Assembly: GCA_963772835.1 (NCBI GenBank)
Contig: CAVYYZ010000024.1
Span: 128,001-192,000, forward strand
Length of the DNA stretch: 64,000 nucleotides
Reading direction: 5' to 3'
Source of the DNA: an uncultured delta proteobacterium
GTDB taxonomy: Bacteria > Desulfobacterota > Desulfuromonadia > Geobacterales > Pseudopelobacteraceae
Below are positions 50,622 to 60,613 of this stretch, one piece after another; within the stretch, counting starts at the first letter, position 1, and each line of letters starts with the position of its first letter. Under the pieces are notes generated by a model, which saw only the letters and a list, made by a program, of their open reading frames with translations, made no database searches and had not been told where the DNA came from. A program made the position numbers and the translations under genes.

Positions 50622-52313
50622 TTAAAATTCCCGCACTTCAGTAATGCTGCAGCCAAACACCCGCTCCGCCTCTTTGATCACTGGATGGTTTTCAACCTCC
50701 TGTTTCAAATCTTCGAGGTGCTGTTCGGTGTCACTCTTTTTTTTTTCAGCCAATGACAATGGTGCGTCTGCAAAGCCAGCCTCAATCGATTTTACCCGAA
50801 CGACAGTATTTCCCCCTGTAAAGGTGCAGGCGAGGCCCTGGACATCGGCAATAAACTCAGGATCCTGGGCTGCTGTCAGATAATAACTTCCCGCCGGGAA
50901 TCCAATTTCAATCAAGCCTGTCTCCTGTTTGAGCGGACTGCCATGTTCAAGCACCGACCCAACAAGCCGTTCCTTCTCATTGACAAAAGCGACAAATCTG
51001 CCCCAGTCTGCCTGGCCCCCGGCGGCTGGGGGGAGTGAAGTACCTGCGACGGAAGAATGCGGCAGCCGGGTGGGGGTGGGACCATGCGGCTCAGCATGCT
51101 GTGGTGACGGCGGAGAGGTTACTCTGGCGGCTTCCCATGGCAACACCGGTGTATGAACGGCTGCCGTTTCAAGGGACTTTATTTTTTCAATCAACTCTTG
51201 AATCGGCACCAGAGGAGCCAACAGTGCTGCTTTAAGAAGTGCCATTTCCACTATCAGGCGAGGGAAACTGGCATAGGCCATTTCAGATTCGGCTTTTATA
51301 AACAGTGTCAGGCGGCGCTGGATATCCAAAGCAGAGGCATGAATAGACTGTTTGTGGAGTTCCTCAAGTTCGGCTGCTGTAATATCAAGAATTTCTTCAG
51401 GTTTTTTAACCGAACGGATCACCAGCAAATTTCGAAAGTGCTCGATCAGTTCCTGGCAGAACTGGCGCATATTATACCCGACCAGATCAACCTGCTTGAT
51501 TCCCGCAAGTACTCCTTGTGTGTTGCCATCGAAGATTGCCGCTGATATTTCTGCAAGCAGTCGCCGGTCGATCGTCCCCAGCAGGGCACTGACATCTTCG
51601 TCGATAACGCTGTTTCCGCTGTAAGCGAGCACCTGATCGAAAGCGGTCAGGGCATCCCGCATACTTCCGTCACCTTTACGGGCAATCAATGCCAGCGATG
51701 TATCGCTGATAGTGACTGATTCTTTGCCGGCAATTTCACGGAGACGGCTGATGATCTTCGGGAGTGTCACCCGCTTGAAGTCAAAGCGCTGGCAACGGGA
51801 AAGGATCGTCACCGGAAGCTTGTGTGGTTCGGTCGTGGCAAAAATAAATTTGACGTGTTCCGGCGGTTCCTCCAGCGTCTTTAGAAGTGCGTTAAAGGCG
51901 TTGGTAGAGAGCATGTGAACTTCGTCAATAATGATGATTCGGTAGCGGCTGTGGGAGGGGAGGTATTTGATGTTGTCGCGCAGGTCGCGGACATCGTCCA
52001 CGCCGTTATTTGAGGCGCCGTCGATCTCAAAAACATCTGTTGAGGTGCCTTTGGTGATCTCAATGCACAGTGGACAAACATTACAGGGCTCATGAGTAAC
52101 CCCTTTTTCGCAGTTGAGGGTTTTTGCCATGATACGGGCGGTGCTGGTTTTACCGACACCCCGGGCGCCGGTAAAAAGGAACGCATGGGCAACCCGGCCT
52201 GAATCTATGGCGTTTTGCAGCGTACGGCTGACATGTTCCTGGCCGGCCAGCTCAGAAAAGGTTTGGGGGCGGTATTTCCTTGCCAGGACTTCATAGTGCG
52301 TGCCGTTGGACAA
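50622..52313 (-). CDS. dnaX: DNA polymerase III subunit gamma/tau
   Basis: YEVLARKYRPQTF, GARGVGKT, IDEVHML, LLKTLEEPP, SRCQRF, GSMRDAL; TTG start. Confidence 0.96.
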   Translation of the reverse strand: MSNGTHYEVLARKYRPQTFSELAGQEHVSRTLQNAIDSGRVAHAFLFTGARGVGKTSTARIMAKTLNCEKGVTHEPCNVCPLCIEITKGTSTDVFEIDGASNNGVDDVRDLRDNIKYLPSHSRYRIIIIDEVHMLSTNAFNALLKTLEEPPEHVKFIFATTEPHKLPVTILSRCQRFDFKRVTLPKIISRLREIAGKESVTISDTSLALIARKGDGSMRDALTAFDQVLAYSGNSVIDEDVSALLGTIDRRLLAEISAAIFDGNTQGVLAGIKQVDLVGYNMRQFCQELIEHFRNLLVIRSVKKPEEILDITAAELEELHKQSIHASALDIQRRLTLFIKAESEMAYASFPRLIVEMALLKAALLAPLVPIQELIEKIKSLETAAVHTPVLPWEAARVTSPPSPQHAEPHGPTPTRLPHSSVAGTSLPPAAGGQADWGRFVAFVNEKERLVGSVLEHGSPLKQETGLIEIGFPAGSYYLTAAQDPEFIADVQGLACTFTGGNTVVRVKSIEAGFADAPLSLAEKKKSDTEQHLEDLKQEVENHPVIKEAERVFGCSITEVREF

Positions 52314-52399
52314 GAGATCTAACCTCGCAGATAGCCTGTGCTCTCCGTGTGGAAACGGGAGACAAAGCTTTATTCAGGGGAATGTGGAAGGGAAAATGC

Positions 52400-52529
52400 T
52401 TGCAGGCGCAGATGATAGCCGGGTTTACCCGCGGCACACAACAGGAGCCGCTGCCGTTGCTTCCTTCCGGACCTGGCGGAGTTCACGGCGTGCCGTTGCG
52501 CGAGGCCCGGCTATCATGTCCGCCTGCAA
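52400..52529 (-). ncRNA. ffs: Signal recognition particle RNA (small type)
   Basis: Minus strand GCCAGGTCCGGAAGGAAGCAACGG helix-8 motif within a long closing stem (TTGCAGGCG...CGCCTGCAA), upstream of dnaX. Confidence 0.93.
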
Positions 52530-52676
52530 ACGAAACAGAGCTCGATGCCGGATTCGAGATGACAACAAAGAAGACAGGATAGAAAGCGACTGATGCATAG
52601 TTATATGAACTATGTTGAGGAGCTTTCTATGAACCAACGAAGTCAGCTCTCAAAAGGGGCATCGTGTACAATAAAA

Positions 52677-52767
52677 TGGCGGAGAGAGAGGGATTCGAAC
52701 CCTCGGTACGCTATAAACGTACACACGCTTTCCAGGCGTGCTCCTTCAACCGCTCGGACATCTCTCC
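52677..52767 (-). tRNA. tRNA-Ser (GGA)
   Basis: GGAGAGATGTCCGAGCGGTTGAAGGAGCACGCCT-GGA-AAGCGTG, long variable arm, GGTTCGAATCC, CCA end. Confidence 0.96.
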
Positions 52768-52878
52768 GTAAGAGCGAACGCGAAATATAGTATATGATTT
52801 TCTTTTTGTCCAGCATTTCATACTATGCTGTGAAATCAGATGATCTGCAGGTGTTTTTCCCTTCACTCTTCGGCCGGT

Positions 52879-53214
52879 TCACTCCCAGAATATTCCGGTC
52901 GGATCCAGGTCAACCTCACAGATCAGCTTTTCAAGAGTATCCCTGTTTCTGCCGGTCGGATACGGTTGTCGTCTGTTCTTCAGGTCATACCAGTACAATG
53001 TCCAGTTGTGTGATTCAGGGCAGTATTCAAACTGGGCAATTTTTATTTCATTCCAGATAGCGGTGTCTATAAAGAGCGGTCGTGACTCGGACAGGACGAC
53101 CCTGTTGCCTTTAGCCCCGAAATTCAATGTAACTTTATCCTGTATTGTCCGCTGTTCACACAGATTTCCCAGAAGTATGCCCACCTTCTGCAGTTCTGTC
53201 TCAGGTAGCGCCAT
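52879..53214 (-). CDS. DUF3024 family protein
   Basis: ESRP, IAQF.Y......WTLYW, EVD.DPTGIFW. Confidence 0.8.
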   Translation of the reverse strand: MALPETELQKVGILLGNLCEQRTIQDKVTLNFGAKGNRVVLSESRPLFIDTAIWNEIKIAQFEYCPESHNWTLYWYDLKNRRQPYPTGRNRDTLEKLICEVDLDPTGIFWE

Positions 53215-53461
53215 TCTTTCATTCTTCCTTTGTCCAAAATCAATCTGTCGCTTACCGGTACCGATTCTATATCAATTCATCTGACTATTGAAGCGAAACA
53301 AAAGACTCGGATCTTTCCACCCTCCCTGGATCATGACAATTCCGCAGTATTGCCCCTCCAGAACGGTCTGAGGAGAGTCAAGTGGATCTCCGGTATCCCA
53401 CGCCTGAAGGAAATCTGAACCATCTTGTCACCCTTCCACACTCTGTTGTGTCACTCCGCCA

Positions 53462-53490
53462 TTGTCTGGATCATTGAAAAAAGGTATCAT
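53462..53490 (+). promoter_or_regulatory. Sigma70 promoter for a probably leaderless HAD mRNA
   Basis: TTGTCT-N17-TATCAT, 6 nt before ATG 53497; no SD. Confidence 0.5.
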
Positions 53491-53496
53491 ACGAAA

Positions 53497-54120
53497 ATGA
53501 CTGATCACGATCACATTCTCTCCCGCCGCTGCTGGATCTTCGACCTTGACGGGACGTTAACGGTACCGGTACATGATTTTCCCGCAATCCGCATCGCGCT
53601 CGGTATGGCGGAAGGGGACTCGGATATCCTCCGGTTCCTTGCCTCGCTGCCGCCTGATGAAGCCGCTGTACGGCATGCGAGGTTGATGGAAATTGAGTAT
53701 GAGTTAGCCGGTAGAACCTCTGCCTCCCCCGGTTCCGTGCGGCTGCTTGACCAACTGCTCCTGCGCGATGCCCGTGTCGGCATCCTGACCCGCAACACGC
53801 GGGAAATTGCCCTCCATACCCTTGATCAGATCGGTCTTAAGGGGTATTTCACCTCCGCCGACATCCTCGGCCGGGACGAGGCTGTACCCAAACCGCATCC
53901 AGAGGGGATCGAGATGCTTCTCGCCGCCTGGGGGAGAGAACCGCAAGAGACGGTAATGGTGGGTGATTACCTGTTCGATTTGCAAGTGGGACGCGCCGCA
54001 GGTACCGCCACCATTCATGTGGACAGCAGCTGCGCCTTCCGTTGGCCGGAACTGGCCGATCTGTCGGTCGCTACGCTGGAGGAGCTGGCTGAGGCGATGT
54101 CCGTTGTGCCGTTGATGTGA
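53497..54120 (+). CDS. HAD family hydrolase
   Basis: FDLDGTL, ILTRN, PKPHPEG, MVGDYLFDL..GRAAG. Confidence 0.9.
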   Translation: MTDHDHILSRRCWIFDLDGTLTVPVHDFPAIRIALGMAEGDSDILRFLASLPPDEAAVRHARLMEIEYELAGRTSASPGSVRLLDQLLLRDARVGILTRNTREIALHTLDQIGLKGYFTSADILGRDEAVPKPHPEGIEMLLAAWGREPQETVMVGDYLFDLQVGRAAGTATIHVDSSCAFRWPELADLSVATLEELAEAMSVVPLM

Positions 54121-54241
54121 GTTTCACTCTCTGTCTTTGAAAAATGCTGCGGTTTTGTATATACTGGCTTTAATGGATGTAGAGCCATTCCGGCAAAGCA
54201 GTCCCACAAAAAGTACCAGTCAATAGAGCGGGAGGTGCACA

Positions 54242-54709
54242 GTGAAAACGATAACAATGCTGATAGTTGCGGGGATACTTTTTTCGAGTACGTTTGCATG
54301 CGCCGAAGGGCGGTCGATGACTATGTCGACTGTTACCAATGTACGCGAAGTTTTCAGAATCATCACCATCCGTGAGCCGATTACCTCCCAGGAGGAAATC
54401 TGTGAGGATGACGGTGGTTTTGGTGGTGCAATTCTGGGGGGTGTCGCCGGGGGGGTGATTGGGAACCAGTTTGGCAGAGGGGCCGGCAATGCAGCTATGA
54501 CGGCTCTCGGGGTCGTAGCAGGAGCTGCTGCCGGGCAGAACATGACACGCGGCACACGATGTTACCCGAGAGACCGGATCAGTTATACCGAACGTGAACA
54601 GGAAGTGATTGACGGGTATATTGTTACCGTTGAAAGCGGCGAGGAGTTTCGTACAAAAACCCGTTACCATGTTGGTGACAGGGTACGGATCCGCTCCACC
54701 ATTGATTGA
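54242..54709 (+). CDS. Glycine zipper 2TM domain exported protein
   Basis: GGAGG RBS with GTG start; signal peptide; GAILGGVAGGVIGNQFGRGAG..AMTALGVVAGAAAG. Confidence 0.85.
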   Translation: MKTITMLIVAGILFSSTFACAEGRSMTMSTVTNVREVFRIITIREPITSQEEICEDDGGFGGAILGGVAGGVIGNQFGRGAGNAAMTALGVVAGAAAGQNMTRGTRCYPRDRISYTEREQEVIDGYIVTVESGEEFRTKTRYHVGDRVRIRSTID

Positions 54710-54801
54710 CTCCTGACCGGGTTGATAATCCGTGCCCGGTATTGCGACATGCGCTGTACTAAGTCAACAAAGGGATCAGATTCAAGGGCGGGGATGAATA
54801 G

Positions 54802-54845
54802 CGTAAACAGCAAAGGCGGCCACCCGGCCGCCTTTGCTGTTTACG
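54802..54845. terminator. Bidirectional terminator between convergent genes
   Basis: Perfect 20-bp inverted repeat CGTAAACAGCAAAGGCGGCC-ACCC-GGCCGCCTTTGCTGTTTACG. Confidence 0.8.
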
Positions 54846-54870
54846 GGAAGAAATACGGTCAAGCCGGGTG

Positions 54871-55785
54871 TCAGTCGCGGGGAATCGCCAGCATCCGGTC
54901 CAGCGCGCCTTTTGCTTTGAGGCGCACACCTTCCGGTACAGTAACAACCGGTGCCAGAGTCTGGAGTGAAATCAGCACGTCTTCCAGCGAGGTAAGTTTC
55001 ATGTTGGGACAGAACAGTGCCGGTGAGGCCAGTATAAACTCTTTCCCGGGGTTTTCGAGCCGCAGTTTGTAAAGTATACCGGCTTCTGTACCGATGATGA
55101 ATTTTGCGGCCGGGCTGGTGCGGCAGTAGTCATACATACCGCTGGTTGAGCAGACATGATCGGCCAAGGCCGAAACCTCCGGAGCGCTCTCGGGGTGACA
55201 GATGAAGAGCGCATCGGGGTGCTCTGCTTTTTTCTGCAGTGCCGCAGCCAGTGTCATCCGTTCATGGGTCGGACAGAACCCCTCCCAGAAGATGAACGTC
55301 TTCTCCGGGACAAAGCGGGCAATCCAGCGCCCAAGGTTACGGTCCGGCACGAAGATCAGTTCGTTCTCGGGAAGCGAACGGACAACTTTGAGCGCATTGG
55401 CAGAGGTGCAGCAGATATCGGAATGTGCCTTGACCTCCGCCGATGAATTGACATAGGTCACCACCGGCACGCCGGGATGTTGTAATTTCAACAGATCCAG
55501 CTCTTCGGCTGTAACCATGTCGGCCATGGGGCAGCCGGCGTCGGGGCGGGGGAGCAGAACCTTCTTGCCGGGCGAGAGGATCGCTGCGGACTCTGCCATG
55601 AAATGTACGCCGCAGAAAACGATCACGTCGGCATTTGTTTTGGCGGCTTCAATCGATAAGGCGAGAGAATCACCGGTGATATCGGCGACCTCCTGTACCT
55701 CGTCACGCATGTAGTTATGGGCCAGCAGCACGGCATTGTGCTTCTTGAGTAATTCTCTGATCTGCGTTTTTATATCGCTCGACAT
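54871..55785 (-). CDS. nadA: Quinolinate synthase
   Basis: [53 protein letters not shown]. Confidence 0.95.
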   Translation of the reverse strand: MSSDIKTQIRELLKKHNAVLLAHNYMRDEVQEVADITGDSLALSIEAAKTNADVIVFCGVHFMAESAAILSPGKKVLLPRPDAGCPMADMVTAEELDLLKLQHPGVPVVTYVNSSAEVKAHSDICCTSANALKVVRSLPENELIFVPDRNLGRWIARFVPEKTFIFWEGFCPTHERMTLAAALQKKAEHPDALFICHPESAPEVSALADHVCSTSGMYDYCRTSPAAKFIIGTEAGILYKLRLENPGKEFILASPALFCPNMKLTSLEDVLISLQTLAPVVTVPEGVRLKAKGALDRMLAIPRD

Positions 55786-55960
55786 TACCATCCCCTCCAA
55801 CAGAAATACGGGTAAAAGATTTGTCAGCATACGGTAAGCGACAATAAAAAACAAGCCGCGACGAACAACCTCCGTTTACGTTGTTCGGCCGGACTGCCGT
55901 GCCTTTCCGCCCGTAACGGGGGCGGCATGCCGTTCTGCCGCCGCGGTAATGATCAGCGGG

Positions 55961-57690
55961 TCAATACGCCCAGTACGGCCCTGTTCCGAGACTCCCGCCG
56001 CTCCGCCCCGCGATGCCCACGTATACTGAACGTCCCAGGAAGAAGGGGAGCCCCCAGTCGAAGCCGAACGTGCTGGTGCCGCCCAACTCGGCAAACACGC
56101 TATTGGTGGTGTTGAAAAGTGTGCTTGCCTTTCCAATCTGGAACGGCACGAGGCCGCTCGGGCTGCCGCCGAAACCCAGGTTTCTGGCGCTCAGACTGCG
56201 GGTGATCGCCGGACAGAACCAGCCGGTGTATACACCGGAGCAGGCCGCTATGGTGCGGTTGTCATTGAAGAACAGGCCGTTGGAGCCACTGTCGATGAAA
56301 CTGCTATTGTCAGTTATACCGGCGTAGATGGTGGTGAAGCTTCCGGTAGGGATCGGTGGGATACGCTGTCGCCCCGCCCGCAGTGTTGTTGCTGCGGGTG
56401 TTTATCCCCAGTATGAGCTGACCGGTGACAGACACGCTCCCGCCGGGTGCGGCGGAGGGAAGCTGCACGATCACTCCGTTGTTGTCCTGCGGCAGCAGCG
56501 CCACCGGGTTTTTTACCTGATCGGCAAGAGGAACTGCACTACCGCTGCAGCTGGAACCGCTGCAGGTGTAGTAGTTCCCGGTGTGAGTTCCGATCACACA
56601 AGCTCGAACCGCAGTCCTCGACAAACAGTCCCACACCCAGAATCCCGTTGAACCCGGCTGCAGAAGGGGTCGTTTCCGGAACTCCGCAAAAGCTTGGAAC
56701 AGTACCGAAAGCGGCATCTATCACGTGAATCGGGACGGTGACAGCCGGTTCACCCCCCAGTACGACATCTGCCAGCTTCACCGGCCCCCAATCGGCCGAA
56801 CCGTCTGCAAACTGGACGCACGTGGCGAGCTGGCTGCCTCCAACGGACGTCTGGGTCAGCGGCACCGTGATGACCTGTTTAAAGAGCCGCAGCCCGGTGC
56901 TGCCGGTATCCAGAAGGATGTCATCAATCGTCTGGCACGTGGCCGTCCCCGGAGAACAGATAGTGACGCTGACACAGGGTTTGTTGGGGTATGAATTGGC
57001 AGAACAGAGCGATCCGTTGACAGTGACCGGCATGGTGTTGATCCCGGGTGCCGGTACGGCGGTGACCGTCAGTGTCGTAAAGGCCGAAACTGTGCCGAAA
57101 CTTGCGGAAATGACACTGCTGCCGACAGAGAGGGTGGACGTTTTGCCGTTCGTACCGATGCTGTTACTTATGGTTGCCACGGCCGGGTCCGATGAACCCC
57201 AAGTTGCTGTCGTGGTCATACTGCGCGTAGAAGCATCGCTGAAAGTACCGGTTGCCAGGAACTGGCCGCTGGTGCCGACAATGACGGAAGGATTGACGGG
57301 ACTGACTGCCAGTGAGACCAGAGTGGGGGACGTCACGGTCAGTGTCGTACTCTTGCTGATGCTGCCGAGGGTCGCGGTGATCTGCGCCGTTCCGTTGGCA
57401 ACCGGGGTGGCCAGACCGCTGTTGTCGATTGTTGCCACAGCCGGGGCAGACGAGGACCAGACCACACCTGTAGTCAGGTCGCCGGTGGTTGCGTCGCTGT
57501 AGGTGCCGATGGCATTGTACTGCTGGGTGGTTCCCATGATCAGGGAGAAATTTGACGGTGAAACCGCCAGTGAACTCAGGGTAGGGGCCGCCGGAGGGGG
57601 CGTTATGGATTTCGTAGGTGAAGAACCTCCGCCACACCCCGCGAGGAGAATAGTCAGCGCCAGACAGGAAAACAGGTTAGCGTATTTCAT
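55961..57690 (-). pseudogene. DUF3443 lipoprotein with two Big_2-like Ig domains, interrupted by two +1 frameshifts
   Basis: LAGC lipobox, two (W.SS.PAVAT) Ig repeats, NKPCVSVTICSPG, LDTGSTGLR, NGILGVG, QVKNPV..LPQDNNGV, FIDSGSNG, FDWGLPFFLGR; removing one base near 56600 and one near 56350 gives 575 aa. Confidence 0.8.
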
Positions 57691-58156
57691 CGAGATTCAC
57701 CCCGTCGGGCAGAAGCCCCGGGACATATGCCCGCCCCTGCAGGTTGCGCATATGCCCCCACTTTTCCACTACCACGCGGCTGCCGCGGATCTGTACATGC
57801 CGTCTGCCCGGTGTGCGCGGTCTGCTGCGCAGAGCCTGACTGTACTCTTTGAAGTATGTTCCCAGCAGACTGGAAAGGTCAGGGTGTGAAACCCCGCTCC
57901 AGGCCACGGCAAAAACCACACCGGAAGATGAAATGTACTGACGGATCCCTGCAGCATCGGAGATGTCTTCCTGGATGGTATAGACGCCATGTGTGGCTGA
58001 TGATTTGTGGACAGATCTGAGAGAAGCGCGGTTTTGCTCAATCGAGCTGGCCGGTTCACCCAGTGTTGCCAGGGCGGAGCCGGCGGGACAGAATTGCAGG
58101 AACAACGAACAGGCAAACAGGATGTGCAGGTGCCGTTTCTGTAAACAGTTCAACAT
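57677..58156 (-). CDS. DUF2844 family exported protein
   Basis: ALATLG, RQY....GVVFAVAW.G..HPDL..LLG.YF, GHMRNLQGRAYVP.LLP.GV; adjacent to DUF3443. Confidence 0.85.
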   Translation of the reverse strand: MLNCLQKRHLHILFACSLFLQFCPAGSALATLGEPASSIEQNRASLRSVHKSSATHGVYTIQEDISDAAGIRQYISSSGVVFAVAWSGVSHPDLSSLLGTYFKEYSQALRSRPRTPGRRHVQIRGSRVVVEKWGHMRNLQGRAYVPGLLPDGVNLDEIR

Positions 58157-58351
58157 ATGCAGCTCCTTCTGGTTCTTTCATAAAAGTTCCGTACGGATGT
58201 TTTGTAATTATATATTTTTGTATCTGGTTTCAAAAGGATTTATTGCACCCACTTGTTACGCGGAGATACCCGATACGGTTGCTTGGAGTCGGCTTACTTT
58301 GTCATGAACCGCCAGGGGCCGCGCTGACAGCATTGGGCATCGTCTTTACGC

Positions 58352-58380
58352 TTGACAAAACTCCCCGGACCGGCTAGAAA
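58352..58380 (+). promoter_or_regulatory. Sigma70 promoter of tRNA-Pro
   Basis: TTGACA-N17-TAGAAA ending 10 nt before the tRNA. Confidence 0.6.
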
Positions 58381-58390
58381 AAGCACTCTT

Positions 58391-58467
58391 CGGGATGTAG
58401 CGCAGCCTGGTAGCGCACCTGCTTCGGGAGCAGGGGGTCGCAAGTTCAATTCTTGTCATCCCGACCA
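58391..58467 (+). tRNA. tRNA-Pro (CGG)
   Basis: CGGGATGTAGCGCAGCCTGGTAGCGCACCTGCTT-CGG-GAGCAGGGGGTCGCAAGTTCAATTCTTGTCATCCCGACCA. Confidence 0.96.
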
Positions 58468-58769
58468 GTAAATTCAGCCACTTACAGCGATTGTTGTGAG
58501 TGGCTTTTATTTTGTGCAACCTCTGGTGCAACCTCAAAGGGTTTCGTTGCTAACTTTGTGCTTCATGCAAAATACTGAAACAAACTCGAAGGGGGGTGTT
58601 GCTAGGTGGGTAGTATGATTGGTATGTAGTTCTTGTGGGTATTCATGCAAATTATTAAATCACAGATCAGCGCTAAAGTAAAGTTATTTAAGCGTTATAC
58701 TGATCTTATACACATTATTAGCCATATTTTTATATGGCTTTTATAAATTGGTTCTGGTAAAGTTTGACT

Positions 58770-59051
58770 ATGGCGACTCAGTTCGAGTGGGATGATAACA
58801 AGGATCTTGAGAATCAGAGCAAGCACGGCGTTCCATTTGCTAAGGCTCAATATGCTTTTGCTGATCGAAAACGTATCATCGCCGAAGACAGCACACATAG
58901 TGATGTAGAACAGCGCTATTATTGCTTTGGTTTAGTTGATGGTGGGATTCTGACAGTCAGATTTACTTGGAGAGATGGGATAATCAGAATATTCGGTGCC
59001 GGTTACTGGCGGAAAGGTAAGGCAATATATGAGCAGGAAAATAGTCTATAA
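58770..59051 (+). CDS. BrnT family toxin (DUF497)
   Basis: FEWDDNK...N..KHGV.F..A...F.D, D..HS..EQRY...G, LTVRFT.R...IRI.GA. Confidence 0.9.
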   Translation: MATQFEWDDNKDLENQSKHGVPFAKAQYAFADRKRIIAEDSTHSDVEQRYYCFGLVDGGILTVRFTWRDGIIRIFGAGYWRKGKAIYEQENSL

Positions 59052-59292
59052 AGACGAACCGATTGGTGATGTGAGAGTTGTGAAGGATTTTCTTCCATCC
59101 CCTGAAGAGTTGGTGTTTCGAGAGGACTCCATCAAGGTAACTATTTCTCTCAGTAAGAAGTCAGTCGATTTCTTTAAGACGGAAGCAGATCGTCATCACA
59201 CTCAATACCAGCGGATGATCAGAAACCTGCTGGATGCTTATGTTGATACCCAGAAGCCTGTACGTAGAACAGCACGTAAACAAGCTGCTTGA
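59029..59292 (+). CDS. BrnA/CopG-like RHH antitoxin
   Basis: DFLPSPEEL, KVTISLS..SVDFFK, YQRMIR.LLD.Y; overlaps brnT. Confidence 0.85.
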   Translation: MSRKIVYKDEPIGDVRVVKDFLPSPEELVFREDSIKVTISLSKKSVDFFKTEADRHHTQYQRMIRNLLDAYVDTQKPVRRTARKQAA

Positions 59293-59293
59293 C

Positions 59294-59578
59294 CTATTTC
59301 CCACCTTCCAGTATTCGTTCCTTTAGTTCTTTGCCGGTCTTGAAGAATGGGGATCGTTTGGGTTTAACCTGAATCTGAACTCCAGTCTTGGGGTTCCTTG
59401 CGGTATATGCATCATACTCGCGCACCTCAAAACTTCCGAAGCCCCTGATCTCAACGCGGTCACCAGAGATTAATGTGTCCGCCATACCCTTGAAGACCTC
59501 ATTGATAATCTTTTCGGAAACGGAAATACTGATGTTCTTCTCGATAGCAAGCTTATCAACCAAATCTGATCTCGTCAT
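59294..59578 (-). CDS. Integration host factor beta / HU family DNA-binding protein
   Basis: MTRSDL, GDRVEIRGFGSF, ARNPKTG, PFFKTGKELKER. Confidence 0.93.
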   Translation of the reverse strand: MTRSDLVDKLAIEKNISISVSEKIINEVFKGMADTLISGDRVEIRGFGSFEVREYDAYTARNPKTGVQIQVKPKRSPFFKTGKELKERILEGGK

Positions 59579-59739
59579 TGATCCCTCTCAGCAAGTGCAA
59601 TCACCCGTTTAGACCACTCAATAGCACGATTGAAGCGTTCCATATCATTTCCAGAAGGAAGTTTACCGCTGGTCATAGCCAGGGAAGTTTCCAGTAGTTC
59701 TTTTAGTGCAGCCAGCAGATCGTCTTCTATCAGTGTCAC
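59575..59739 (-). CDS. Small hypothetical protein (54 aa, below the ORF-track cut-off)
   Basis: AAGGGG RBS, GTG start, VTLIEDDLLAALKELLE...AERDQ; TGA overlaps the IHF ATG (ATGA coupling). Confidence 0.6.
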   Translation of the reverse strand: MTLIEDDLLAALKELLETSLAMTSGKLPSGNDMERFNRAIEWSKRVIALAERDQ

Positions 59740-60087
59740 AGCTAACCCCTTTGAAATCAGAGGAGTTTTTCTAACACAACAACTATAAACAGTCTACGAG
59801 ATTTATTCAGTACATGAGGAATATTATGAGTGTGGTGTGAAGGGGGCTTACAACGGGGATCTATTATGAATTGACAGATAGTCTAGCCGGGGTGAGTTGC
59901 CCCACCCCCATGGCCAGATGCCGCAATTTAATAAATTGGTCTTAAAGCGGAAAAAAACTCCTCATCACTCTCTACGTCATAACCAAATTTTTCAAAGTGG
60001 TTAAAAACACGTTCCACACAAACCCTTGCTGAGCATCTTGAAACAACTGCCAATATTCAATACAAAGCGGATATTGAAAAAGACATA

Positions 60088-60309
60088 GTGACACTGGAAA
60101 ACCTGAAACTGATAATTATCGCCGTTAAAGATGATATTGAAACAGAAAAAACGGGAGCATGCACCGAGTTACTCCTCAGGATTGCAGCCAATGATTTTAA
60201 AAATAAATTGGCCCTGATTCCTGAGAAAAAAACTCTGCGCAAGGAGATTATGAAATCTCTCAAGGAAGTACACCGCAATATGCTGCATTTGACCGTCAGC
60301 AAAACATGA
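60088..60309 (+). CDS. Hypothetical protein (73 aa)
   Basis: ORF with helical character; weak RBS. Confidence 0.4.
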   Translation: MTLENLKLIIIAVKDDIETEKTGACTELLLRIAANDFKNKLALIPEKKTLRKEIMKSLKEVHRNMLHLTVSKT

Positions 60310-60430
60310 CTATGCTCAGGAGAACCGGAAACCAGATGGCCCGGACGCTCCACATCGTGGCGTTGGCCGTACCCACGTTTGTTGTTTTGACTCTATTCCA
60401 GGTACATCCTTCCGAATTCCTGCTGCCGAC

Positions 60431-60613
60431 TTATATGATTGAATCCGACCCAGCCTCGATCTCTTCCCTGACTGTTGTCAGCAACTCTGCGCAGATCACG
60501 ATTAATTCCTGCCGCAGATCCTCAGCTTCTGATGAAAGTGCAATCGTAACCGATTCGGTAAAATATTTAAACTTGGCGACAACGTCTTCAAACTGCTCGA
60601 TGGTGCAATTCAT
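60431..60613 (-). CDS. Small acidic hypothetical protein (60 aa)
   Basis: Strong GGAGGAGG RBS before ATG 60613 (MNCTIEQFEDVV...). Confidence 0.55.
   Translation of the reverse strand: MNCTIEQFEDVVAKFKYFTESVTIALSSEAEDLRQELIVICAELLTTVREEIEAGSDSII

Larger units (their letters stand above)
58468..60030. mobile_element. Degenerate tRNA-Pro-anchored genomic islet (no integrase seen; right boundary uncertain)
   Basis: Visibly AT-richer DNA right after the tRNA, a tandem GTGCAACCTC repeat (58514-58535), a toxin-antitoxin pair and an extra IHF/HU gene. Confidence 0.5.

Noticed and set aside
52530..52676. Possible extra tRNA between ffs and tRNA-Ser (GGATTCGAG)
   Set aside because: No cloverleaf can be built around it
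59950..60030. TPHHSLRH reading (tyrosine recombinase HxLRH-like) and CGTTCCACACAAACCC (res/terminal-repeat-like)
   Set aside because: Too short, with no surrounding integrase homology; could be chance
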